A stretch of 64,000 bases of DNA. Origin: Trichosphaerium sp. ATCC 40318 (Eukaryota > Protista > Tubulinea). Every line of letters starts with the position of its first letter. The stretch's first letter is position 1. This document shows, in pieces, positions 12,946 to 27,022 of the stretch. Location: positions 62,001 through 126,000 of the forward strand of contig JALMLS010000417.1 in the NCBI GenBank assembly GCA_038496445.1, in the 5' to 3' direction. Under the pieces are notes generated by a model, which was not told the DNA's origin, ran no database searches, and saw only the letters and a program-made list of their open reading frames with translations. A program made the translations under genes and the position numbers.

Positions 12946-15264
12946 TTATATTTCTTCAACTTCTTCAACTTCTTCAACTTTTTCAACTTTATCATTATTA
13001 ATTGACGTAACAACATCACTCTTATACTCTTTTTTATCGTTACTACCACCTTCTCCTTTATATTCCCAAGCAACGCCTGTTTCTCCTTGCACAGCCTTAG
13101 TAGCAGGTGTATCACCTAAAAGCAAACATTAACAACACTCCTACTTTCAACAAAGCCAATGATGTTGTACATACCTAATCTACGTTCTAAACCTCTGAAT
13201 GATCTTTCCAAGAACCTCTGAGAGCCCAGAGGCACATTAATGAGCTGTCCATCCGATCGCGTAGCCAATTGTGTTTCATCCGATATGTCTACAAAATCAC
13301 GTTAATTTTATGTTGAATACCACGATAAGCGTGCCTGTTGCGCTCCCTTCTTGTTTATGATTAGAATGAAGTCTTCCATCAACGAGTGAAAATCTCAACT
13401 CGTCTTCGTCTTCATCCTCCTAATTTCTATTTAGCATCGGTGTGTCATTAATATATTCAAGCGTACTGTAATCTCTTTGTCATCTTTGTTTTTTAGCACA
13501 TCTACAAAATTTGTAACAAAGCTCCCATCCCACTCTTTACCTCTAGTCCGGCATTAATATTAGCATAAGGGATGGTAACCCAAAACGAGCTGCAAGCTAG
13601 GGTTTTTAATGGTATTCAATGAACAGCCTTGCACTACGTGATGGAAACAAAGAAAACGAAACGAAATCATCAAATATGGAAAATAACTTCGGCGAATTTT
13701 TTTTTGTTGGCCCAAAATCTCACTTAATAAGTCTTACCTGACTAATGCCAGCTCTAGCTCAAATGGTGTGATAATAGGCTTCAAATAATCTGATGATAAA
13801 ACAAGAACAGTCTCAGGGCATGCAATGTATACAAATATATCAATTTCTAAAAAATTTGCTAGCTTCGCTACATTCAGTTTACCAACGACTAGCACATAGT
13901 GCTTCTTTCCAGCACTCTTAATAACTGATTTAACGTGTTCAATAATGTCCATGAATCGAGCTAAAACAGTTAAGTTAGAAAGAGCTTAGGATGCAAGTAG
14001 TGATGTGGTGACTACGCACAGACTGATAGTGTGCCAACTAAAATACCAATAACTTGAGCATCTTTTGCTTTCTCAACAAGATAATACCGTTTCATTAACA
14101 ATCTGTTCACTTTTTGTTCTTGTAGAGTAATCTTATCTTCCTTAGGTTCATATGTATATACCTAGATGTACAGTAGATCGGTTAATAATGAGCAAGTCAA
14201 TTAATTCGTTGTAGGTACAAAAAACCAAATCGTACAACACTTGAACGGAAGGGTAGAGTAAAATCCAGTGTTGTACACGCTTTTCTTCCATAAAAGACGA
14301 AATAACACGGAAAAATATTAAGCAACAATGAGTCTTACCTTTGTTTTGTTGAAAGATAACATCAAGTTTGTGAGTGTAGTGCTTCTTGGACTTATGAATA
14401 ATATTTTATATTGTTCCATTGTTTTCCCTTCAGGCAAGTACCACTCCCTTCCAACAAACGTAAATGCATCACTAGTTGGTTTATCAGGTTGTTCTTCCTC
14501 TTTTTCTTTATGAATGACAACGCCTTCGTTCTCTACAGCGACGTGAACTGATTTTTGAGGTTCGTCTGGTATTATTGCGTTAGGAAATGCCTTTGATATC
14601 ATTGGTCCTATTGACGATATTGTATCTGCGTAGGCATAGTTGTAAAGGAGAATAAAATTTTCTTCTGCAGAAAATGTTTTTTGACATGCTTCAACAAGTT
14701 TTTTGGCGTTGATAGAGCGTTTTCCATAAACATAGCGCACTGATGTACGACTTGCACTAGTCTTAGTCAGTACCAGAGCATTTTAGTCGAAACGTACGGA
14801 GATTGGCAGCTATTACCATAGTGTATTAAAAAATCTGCGTTAGCGTGCTCTGCGGCTACCTACAAACAATTTTAGCTCAGCACACTCCCAGACGCGTACT
14901 TCATCTACACAACAACATCCATATGATGTATCACCCAAAATAAATACCTAACAACGCGTTAGCAATTAAATGTAAAATAGCAGAACAATTACCTCGCTCA
15001 AGGTATGAGTGCGTAGGTATTGTGATATATACGCGGAATCAGGAAGCATTTCATCAGGAAATTGTAGTGCTATCTAAAAAGCGTTAAATTAACATCAAAA
15101 CGCGCTCGAACCTTCTTATACCCGTGTTTTTTAATATCCTTCACAGTTTCTTCAAGTTCATAGTATTCCTCAATACTACAACCACGTTCTTGAGAAATTG
15201 TTTGTACAGTACGCTGAATCACCGATTGAGCGTCATTTGAAAACGCTGACGCCGGTTCGCTCAT
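12946..15264 (-). CDS. DPH2: Diphthamide biosynthesis protein 2
   Basis: YYELEET..IALQFPDEML..VFILGDTSYGCCCVDEVAAEH..GKLNVAKLANFLEIDIFVYIACPE..KPIITPFELELAL..RSFRGLERRLG. Confidence 0.9.
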
Positions 15265-15602
15265 TGTAGCACGGTGTACAGCTTTTTTTTTGAAATCAAC
15301 TTAACACGCTCTAAGTCAGAAGCTGTTTTTGACTTGTGTGATTTTTCTTTTCGCAAAATAGTACTTGTTTATTGAATAACAGGTATTGGTTTATGATATT
15401 ATAGACTCAAGATTGGTTTTGGCGTTTGTTGGTATGATTTATCAGTATTTTTCTCTTTTTTTTTTTTCGCATGACATTTCAACCAACAGCCACTTTGTTA
15501 TGTTTTTTTACGCTTGTTTTATCCGAAATTGGGTGTACTTTTCAAAAACTGCGAACATTAACCTTTCCAACGTCAAGCTAAATATTCGACAACACGTGAA
15601 AA

Positions 15603-16713
15603 ATGATGGACTTGCCTACACAGTTATTTTGTAAAATAATAGTAGTTGGTGATTCTGGTACAGGGAAAACTTCACTTATCAGGTACTTCGCGACGTTATC
15701 TATAAAGTAATAACACTACCAAGACGTTATACGCAAGGAGAGTTTACAGAACATTTCAAGGTACGTTTGTACAGACCCAAAAAAAAATCACGTGACCAAA
15801 AAAAAACTGCTAACGAAATTCCGATGTTTGTTTTGTAGGCTACTATTGGCGTTGACTTTGCGTTACATACTGTGCAATGGGAAAAAACAGAAATAAAGCT
15901 GCAGATATGGTACGGTTTAAAGTTTGCTATTGGCATTTATAGTTTTGATAGGGATATTGCTGGACAAGACAGAGCTTGTAATATGACCCGCATTTATTAT
16001 AAAGTACGATAGTAGATAAATGATTGTTGTTAATAAAAATGTGATAGGAGGCTACTGGTGCTTTAGTAGTGTTTGACTGCACCAAAATGGTATGTAAACA
16101 ACCATGCTTTCTTGTCATAACAGCATATCAAGAAAAGTTTAGAGAAGGCTGTACTGTGGAAGAGAGATATAGAAAATAAAGGTACCAAGATCCAAACACC
16201 AATTTTTTTTTGAAGCCCGAATTGCTTTATTATTTTATTCGTTGTGTTTCAAGGTCCAGACAACTCTATACTAACTTATAACTTTGAAGTGAATCTCCCA
16301 GATTCTGATTCGCCAATACCTACCATACTTATTGCAAACAAGATTGATGAAGTCGAAAAATCAGTGAGTAACTTTTTTCTGTTTTTTATTTCGACTCCAC
16401 AAACCTCATTTTAATTTTATTGTTAGGCGGAGTATAAGCTTAACTTCAGGTCTAAGATGGATTCGTGGATACAACAACAAAATTTTAGTGGATTTCAAGA
16501 AGCTAGTGCAAAGACTGGGAGAACGTGGCCATTGCTTTTGAAAAACTAGTTGCCCAAATGATGTGTATGTACTGTTTTTTTTTCGCTACTAGGTTTTTTA
16601 CTAAATGCTGTAATTTAGCTTCTGTGAGAACACAACCAAGCACTTCAAAGAAACAAAATGGTACAGTATCATTAGACAAAAGCTCTGACGAGCGAGGAAG
16701 ATGTTGTTCTTGA
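15603..16713 (+). CDS. Rab32/38-like small GTPase
   Basis: GDSGTGKTS, ATIGVDFAL, WDIAGQD (Rab32-type), MTRIYYKEATGA, NKID, EASAKT and C-terminal CCS prenylation motif. Confidence 0.85.
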
Positions 16714-17403
16714 GCAAGAATGGAGAATCTACCACAGAACATTCTAAACGTCTCAGTTATAAGGCAATGCTTGTATTGTATTTACTAGTTAAAATAACCA
16801 TGGAACATCTTGTAGCTGTACTTTGTAACGTAATAAATATACCTAACACCTAGCATATCGAGCATCTATGCATAACAATCAAACCTTTTTTTTTTTTGGC
16901 ATTGTAGTTCTGTACTTTTTTTGGCACTCGGAAATACTATTATCATTGAACAAGCAATCAATGACTTTGAACATCGAAAAATCAAGAAAGTAAGTTAATA
17001 CAGTGTTGTTACTTGAAAGCGGTTTCGAGTGTTTATTGAATGTAATTCAGCTGAAACAGAATTATATGGGAAGGTGAACGAACGTTGCAAGTTGCAATTT
17101 GGGCTGCTAAATCCGAAAAAACTTGACGTTGCAACTATTGTCATTGTTTAATGGCCTTTAACAGTATTAAAGCGAGACAGAGTTCCACGTGAAGTTCTCA
17201 TGATTTAGCCGTGGGTTTAGTGAACATATCGACGAAGAACCGCCTCTCCTAAAACGACTGTTCAAGCCCTGATTCGTTTAGTTTTCTCTGTGTAATATCA
17301 AGCAGTTTGAGGTTTCGTTTTAGGTGCCTGTCTTCCAACCATTGGCGGTGTTTTCTATGAACACAGAATTATCAAATACATTAAACTCAAACACCAACCT
17401 ACA

Positions 17404-18126
17404 ATGCAGCTTATCCTCCTTTTACTATCTTGTTTATTGTATACATCACTCGCATGTTCTTGCATACGAAGAAGCGAGGAACAAATTTATTGCGATGCCG
17501 ATAGCGTTATGAGAGTCAGAATATTATTCGAATGGCTTCCTTCGCCAGGTGTGTCAACCAGAAGATTCTTGGCGGAAGTAACAAGAATGCATAAGCACCC
17601 TAGTGGTTCAGTTGATTACATAAACATCGTTACAGGGTACGTTATTCATAAAGTAGTGACTTTAACACGATAATTATAGAGGCAATTCAGCTGCATGTGG
17701 CGTTGACTTTCAAATTGGTCGTGTAAGTAAAAGAATCACGTGGTTTTTTTTGTGCGAAAAAAACTAATCGATACTTACTGGATATTCTAGGAGTATCTCG
17801 TACCAGGTAGTGTTATCTCTCCTGCTACCCCAAATGATATTCGTGTTAACAGTTGCGGAATGCTTAACTTTTGTAATGTTCCAAACGCTGGTAACATCGA
17901 CTGTCGGAATCCAGAGCCTCCTGTTGATTTAGACGATTGTGTTAATTGTCCTATTGTTCAACGTCAGTGTAGCTTTACTTGTAGCTTATGCCTCAATGTA
18001 CCAAGAACATGTACCTCTTGTGCTTCATCCAGATGTTGTGACAATATCATATGCTGGAGGTCTGATACATGCACTGAGGGTTGCACCAGATCGAACTGTT
18101 GTGGCACTCATTGTGTACCTAATTAA
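17404..18126 (+). CDS. Secreted TIMP/NTR-domain protein with a Cys-rich C-terminal extension
   Basis: Signal peptide ending SLA then CSC..IYCDADSV; exons 17404-17636, 17680-17722, 17791-18126 give GNSAACGVDFQIGREYLVPG..NSCG. Confidence 0.7.
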
Positions 18127-18300
18127 AAATAAACTATTGTCCCCGCCACAACCTTGAATAGTTCAAAGGAATCGTGTACCTTCCGTTAGTTTTCTACATT
18201 GATATAATGTGTACGGCGTATCAGTGACATCTCGTTTATTTTCACTGAAGCCTTTCTCAGTCAAAGTTTAGCTAAACTGTCAGTCAGGCAAAGCTTTTGG

Positions 18301-21300
18301 ATGTGGTGGTACCACATCACATTGCTTGTAGTTATTTTCACTGTACGCTGTTACTCTTGCGCGATACCGATTAATGCTGACCAACAGCTCGGCAAACACG
18401 GTATGTTTTTTATGTTTACGAGTTTAAAACGGGTTTTAATAATATCTAGACAAAATAATCCAGGACGCGTCTGGAGGCAATTCTGTTGGTATTCTCTACG
18501 GTTGGGACAGCAGTACGAAACGCTGCGTAATGACATTGTTATTTTGTTGCTAAATTAGCCTAAAACGCGATATAATACGTATTAATCGCTTTTAGACTTA
18601 TTTTCTTGGCGAATACTTGGTCATAAAGAGCTGTGTGGCAATTTAACCTTAGCTATTCACAGCAACGTTCATTTGCGTTCCGTACGCGTTAATTTTCGTC
18701 AGTGAGGGCTTACCAGTTGTTACCAACAAGGGAAACTTTTACTTCGCTCAACCATTGCTGAACCTATCAAAATGGACAGTTTCTAATGATGGGAACCTCA
18801 CACAATCTTGGAGTATCCCTTGGACAAATCTAACCAATTATGAGTCAATACAATACGAGAAATTTGGCAAATATTTAGGATCAAATAGTACGCACTTGGT
18901 GTACAGTGTGGGGAGGCTATTGCTAGGTATTATAGACACAACAGGCCCAATTGATACATATATTAATGAAAAGGCACAAACATGTAATATTACACGTGCC
19001 CTTTGCGATTTTTCGGGATGTAATCCACAAGTCAAATATGATATGAGTCCTATTACTGTTGATGGTGACCGCATACTGGTACGTGATTGTTGGTTTGTAT
19101 TTTAGTATATTTATATCCAAGTGGTATTGATTGATTTGTTAAAAGGTCGTATTGAGGAGTGATTGGTTAGGAATTGGATTGGTACTGTGTTTTGTTTTTA
19201 ACGAGATGTCCAAGTTACAGAATTTTTTTTTGTTGGTTTTTGGTGCTTTTCTGACAACTTATAGGGTGTATATGCTTTGAAGTGGAAGTACAATAGTAGT
19301 TGTAGTGTAGAGTATATCGTACATGATTCATACAGACGGAGTACTTTATGTACGTGACAGTTCAAATCATTCAAATTCTCCTTTTTTTCTCGCTCACAGA
19401 AAAACCTTTTTGTTGGTGGAAACAAAGTAATTGAGCATAAACAGTAATCCCGTGTCTTCAAAAAAAACCAAATTACTTTGAAATGTAACCGTTCTCTGAC
19501 AGAAAATAGGTATGATTCGTGGCGATGCTAAAGTTGCTATTGTGAGGGATGAAGAGAACTTATTCTTTTTTAATACTACAAATGGGCATGCAATAGATCA
19601 AAAAAAACTGTTACATACAACATGTGGTATTCCTTGTGATTACTTTGGACCAACAAATCAAAGTTGTTTTTACTATTGGAAAAAGCCTTCCCTTTACAAA
19701 GAAGACAAATTCCTTACAAGAGTTTCGCTTTCATTTGAAAAAGATGATCGTATTTCCTTATCTGAACTATCTATGTTCTCATCTCATGAATATCCTATAC
19801 AAAGAGTTATACCAGCAGGCAACTACACAATTTATGATCACGGAAAGAAAAAGCCTTCTGACTCTAATGATCTTGTATGATTTATGTTGTTTTTTTTTAT
19901 GTAAAGTCATGATTGCGAAACTAACTCTTGTGCTAGTTTTATATAATCCAGAGGAATAGTCGTCCAGGGTAACCCAATACATTTTACATATTTCTTTCTG
20001 TACTAATAACATACATAGTTATTCTTTGGATAATAAACTATGTACACGCAAAACATACCATAATACAACCAATGACATACTTCCTTGTTTGTTTTGCCCT
20101 ATGAATACCTTTTTAGCGTACGTTACCTTGCTATTCCAAAGATCTCATTGGAACTACAATTAGGTCTGAAACGGCATCTAAACCATGTGCGAAGTGTCCT
20201 GAATATGCGTATTGTCCATGCGGGTCCTTAAAGCCAGTAAACAAATCAATACTCGAAAAACCATATTCGACTTTTTACGCTTTTCCCGAACTTCATCAAG
20301 CAACAATACAGAATCAGTATTTTACTCAATTAGCTGATATACATGGTATATTCTTTCCACTAGCTGTGGTTTTATTTCTATTGACAATGTTACTTGGTCT
20401 TATTTCTTGTACATGTAATTACTTTGAACGCACTTCACTTAGTAAAGTGCTACAAAAAGTAGACATGTACAAGTCTCCATATACCGTTGATAAAAACGAT
20501 TATATCGTATATACGGGATCTTCTGTGGGTGGTATGATAAGTATATTAGCATGTGGGTTCATGATATTAGGTACAGACTTATTATTAGAAAACGTTTGTT
20601 CTTATTTTTTTCTGAAATTTGTTTAAGTTCATGTACTAATACAACATGAGCCTCAATTGCTTTTTTTTGCGTTTTATGTATCTGTTGATTTCTAAAAGAG
20701 TTTATTCGCAATTGATTAACATCTTTTGTATTAGGTATTGTAGCTCTTGCAAATATCTATATTGACTTTAAGCCATTACCTTATGCACCCAATACTTTGG
20801 ATTATGTTAAATCGCTTAACACTGAAAGGAAGAAAACTACACAAGCGTTTTTTGCAATGGATGAAGATGTAAAGTCTGTTTACAACGGACTTAAGTATGC
20901 AAGAGTATCCCAAGGTTTCAGTTTTTTTAAACCCTTTTTTCTCTTAGAAAGAACCTGGTAGAGTTACGTATCACGCTGCTAGATGTCGATGTATCATCAT
21001 GTTACAGCGCTCATGCTTTTAGAATATTTAAAGATGGTTTAGATATCACAAACAATGTAAAAGAAACAGTGTACGCCCAATGACGTCGTGTTTTTTCGCT
21101 TATTTTTTTTTATTAGATATGTTTATTGGGATCCTCCCAATGCAATAGAAATTACCTTGAATGTTACTTCCGATTTTGGAGAAGTAAGAAATTATAGTAT
21201 TGTTGCAGATAAAGGATGTGTTGTACATGCAAGTGTTGTGGACATCACGTTAGATACATTGAAAACGCAATATCATAGTAAGTTACTTCTTTGTTGTTCT

Positions 21301-22028
21301 CCTTTTCTAATGTATGTAGAATCGCGTCTTAAACATGTATTACATAGAAGCATGTCTTATTTACTTACTGGTAAATATGAGCTTGTAGTAGAGTTTGTAC
21401 CGTTCATACGTAGAACGATAGAGAACGGAGAAACATCTCATACAGGTATTAGTCCAATTGTTTTTTTTTAATACTTATTCACTTGACTAAGACTTCCATA
21501 GGATACACCGGTTTCTACCAAGAATTGAATACAATTCAACAACCATGTCATTGCAATAACTCATGTATTTACTTAGAAGAAAGAAATACCAGGTATACGA
21601 AAGAAAAAGAACAAGTATTTGAGAATTTTTTGGTTCTATTTTTCAGAATAACACGTGATTTGTTTATTGCCTGCATTTTTTTTACCGAACCCAGCTATAA
21701 CCAAGTGTATCATGTTTTTCGCTCAAAAAGCTATTACCAGCATCATAAGCATATCACGTTTTTTTCGTCTTACTGATACAATAGGCTTGATGTTATCTTG
21801 AAGCATGCTTCAGTATTTGTTGAAGAAACAGAGTCTATGAATATAAATAGCTCTGATCTTGTTTTGGGCATGGTAGTCATAGTAACACTTGTATATAATA
21901 TTGGTTCTTTTGCACGTAGTCTTCTAACAAATGCAACACGGGCGATTGTAAAAAGAAAGAAAAAAGGTTCAAAAAGAAAGACCAAAAACGAGGACGAGAA
22001 ACCTTTAATGACCGACTGGATAACCTAG
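18301..22028 (+). CDS. Large multi-exon membrane protein of unknown function with signal peptide, Cys-rich repeat and several TM segments
   Basis: MWWYHITLLVVIFTVRC signal; CAKCPEYAYCPCGS; TMs near 20350-20580 and 21860-21910; basic cytosolic tail. Confidence 0.5.
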
Positions 22029-22727
22029 TGTATTTGGTGATGTAATAAATATACAAAATAGTTCCTATTGAGGTTGTAGTTATGTGCAAAACCGGTTTCA
22101 CGGAGTGGTTACAGGCACGTGAAACTCAAGTTAGAATACTTATTTAGTCATTCAAACAGCAGCTTTGGACATGAGATGCAAGTGGTGTTTTGTTTGGTGT
22201 TGTTACGAGGTACATAACGTTAACTCACATACGTGACATTATTAAAAAAGCGATGGATCAAGCTACATATTCGAACACTGAAAACTGAAAAAAACTTCAA
22301 GTACAACTATGTAAAAGTGAATCGCTTTGTTTTATGCTTTACTACTTGCTCTGTTATTAGCGCTACCCCACGTGCTTATAAACATGCACCACATTAGCCT
22401 ATTAGTGGGTTTTTAAGACGTTAAACTATGTCATAAATGAATGGTTTAAAGTGATTAGCAGTTTCGTAGTGGCTATTGAAGGTTTTCTTTTTTCTCGCTT
22501 CTCCTTTAACCTTTTACAGTTGTCATATAAATAACGTAAAAGCCTGAGCCATAGGTTTTCATACAGCGAGTCCTTTTTGGCGTCTCGCAATCATTCACAC
22601 TGTACGCTGAAAATCAATGAGAGCAGAGTATTTTTCAGAAAATTGAAAAATTCCGCTCACTGTGTTACGTTTACACTTCATTATTACAAGGATCAAACCT
22701 CAGTAACAACACAAAAAAACAACAATC

Positions 22728-24177
<1,450 letters not shown>

Positions 24178-24779
24178 GTGCCTAACTACCCTTGTTTACC
24201 TACTTGTAAATGTAGAACCAATAAACATTTATTAACTCTACTGCTTTTCGTTTATTTTTTGCTATACATGTAATTTGTTCCGTACCCGTTCTGCTTAAAT
24301 CACTAGCTGTACAAATGAAGTGCACTTTGTTTGCTCTTGTTAATGATGTAATCAACAGCTCACCTCCTACGCCATATCCTACAACACTCTCTCAGTCAAT
24401 TGCTGCTCCAATTGTACCAACAACTGCTGCTACAACTGACCCAACAGTGCCAAGTGCTCCATCTTCAGCTTTTACAATGGTCTTTTTCGGCTGTTTTGTA
24501 CTACTGTTTTGGCAAGTAGTTTGTAAATGAAACCAATACTCAAGATTCTTCAGTCAAACTTTCGGTGTTAAGTTTAAACGCACGTCAACAATCGGATAAG
24601 AATGTAACAGGGTCTCGCTCATAAATTTCAGGTTCTTTACTATTTTAGGTACATCACCTTTTTCGCTCTAAACGGTCGGGTGGCTGTAAGTAACGCACAT
24701 CTAAAGGGCACAAAAAAATACAGTGACATCTTTTGATGACTTAATGTTATTGTAACTGGTGAATGTGATTCAGTTTACT

Positions 24780-26726
24780 TATATGTGTTGAAAGTAAATC
24801 TGTTTAATTTGGGGAATACAAACGTATTCACTTTGTGGAGTTTTCATACTCTTCAGGGCGTGCAACGAATACAAATGCATTAAAAAGTAATAAATCTTCT
24901 TCTTTTTCTTGTTCAGGGTGAAAGTTAAGAGCAAGTGATTTTCCTTTGAATTTATCCAAAACGACAGCAAAAGGAAGCTGATGCTCAATTTTCTTAATGT
25001 TTGCAATGTTTGCAATAATAGTCCCGTCAGGATGTGGTTTACCAGTACCTAGGTGAAAAGAATAAGTGTCTAAGCATAGTCTCGAGCACGTTGTTTTACT
25101 AGTGCTGTTAATGGTCCTACTCAGTCCGACTATATTTTTTTTTGAGATAGGCCCAACTCGATTTTTAGTTGAGTCAGTAACAGTACTAGTTTTTTCAAGA
25201 ATATTGTCAAAAGGCGCAGAGAGTTCTCAATAAAAATTGACTTGACTATACAAACACTGGCGAGTTCTACTGTGAGAAACGTGTGCGAAAACGATTGTAG
25301 CGAATTTAGAATACATATTAAAGTGAAATTTGTTTTTACACCGAACACGTGACATGTGTTTGGGAAGAAGAAAAAAAAACAACTACAGCACGTACTTATG
25401 TAACCGTTTCCCTTGGTGTAATCTTTTTTTAAGTACTCAGGTACACCATTCCATAGAAAATGTTTAGGCTGTAGAACATCTATGTAAACTTCTCTAAACA
25501 AACAAAAAGTGAGCGAAAAAAACAATTACAAAGAAAAATCTTACTTGTATAGCTGAGTCCTGACATCTCCGTCCTCTTCAAACGCCAAAGGTACTATAGC
25601 ACTCATATTTGATTCTTCCCATGCACCACCTTAGAAGGATCATTTTTAAAAATAAATCAAGTATTTTTTTTTCACTAATATCTATTAACTTCACTATGGT
25701 TTACCTAGGTTTTCTGATCCAGAGCAATGAGCAAAAACCAATTGAATAACACCTACTCCTCTATCCAAACACTCTTTGAATATGTTACCCCAGCATCTAC
25801 GAACTTGTGTACAGTAAGTTAAAACGAGCAACATATTTAAAAAATAAATTTACATAAAACATACTGTCACTCTCTTCATCCCACGCGTAGTTTGTAGCGA
25901 ATATAATACCATCATATTTAGAAAACATGGACCGTACTGTGGCTTCATCAGCTTGGTTTTCATCATAGTAAACATCTGGAAAGCTCTTCTCTTCAAGGAA
26001 GTCAACATTTCTGTTTTAACTGTTTCAGTGTTTATGTTGAATTTGGATTTATTTACATACCTCAGTCCAAGTTTTTTCAATCTTTCAGCTAGTCGAGGAG
26101 CACTTGAAACATAACGGTTTGTGCATACTAAAAACTTGTACTTGAATAAACAATTTGCTATATGCAACCAACGATTCTATAAGAGAGGTCAGTCAGATAC
26201 TTCAATGAGTTGAAGAAAATAAGAAAGAAATAAGTTTTTGGCTCTTCTGACCACAAGTTGGCGAAAAATTGCATGGTAGTCAGTGGTATCCCAGACGCAT
26301 CGTAGAGGCGTATGTAGAGCTCGATGTGTACAAGAAACACAAAGTCAATGACTATTTTTTTCCATTCTACGCTACAAATCAAACGTGATACCAGTTTCAG
26401 TGATCTAGTACCGCAAAGCACTGTTTAGCGATAACTATTTTGTCGATGCCGTTTTTATTGTTTAAGGTGTTTGTTAATGGCTGAGTGCGTGGAAGAGTGT
26501 TGAAAGCGTGTTACGACGCCAAACTGTTAATTTTATAACGTACTGGTCCTGGAAGGTGTGAAAGCGTTTCTTTATCTATTTTAATAGGATAATGCTCTCT
26601 ACAGAGTGCCTCGACCGATGTAGAAACGAAATATCTCCACTGATGGCATACAAGGCTCCAACTCCAATAATCAGGAATATCAACGCAGTACGATAGTATT
26701 TCAGCAACAATCTCTGGTACATCCAT
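24780..26726 (-). CDS. Multi-exon F-box protein; C-terminal part of unknown function; 3' end uncertain
   Basis: MDVPEIVAEILSYCVDIPDYWSWSLVCHQWRYFV F-box motif followed by several intron-separated coding segments. Confidence 0.5.
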
Positions 26727-27022
26727 TGTTTTAGCCACAAAAAAAAGCGAATAGTGATTTCAACGCAAGTTTTATTTTTGTTTTTTTTCTGAATTTTAAA
26801 CGTCTTCTTTTTGTTGAAACTGGTCGGATGGTTAGTGCTGTTTTACCAAATCAATGATGTAATAGTAAGTATGAAGGTGTTACATTAATACAGTGGTTGA
26901 TTGTTGGTACATTACACAATGTGAAGCTAACAAAAAAATACAAACAAGTTTTTTCGTGAGTGAATTACACGTGATAAACGAAGGTGTTTGTGAGCACTTT
27001 CCCTTTTTCGAGTTTGTGTTTT

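Noticed and set aside
12950-12990. (TTCTTCAAC)n microrepeat
   Set aside because: Encodes the VEE repeats of the DPH2 C-terminal tail; not an independent element
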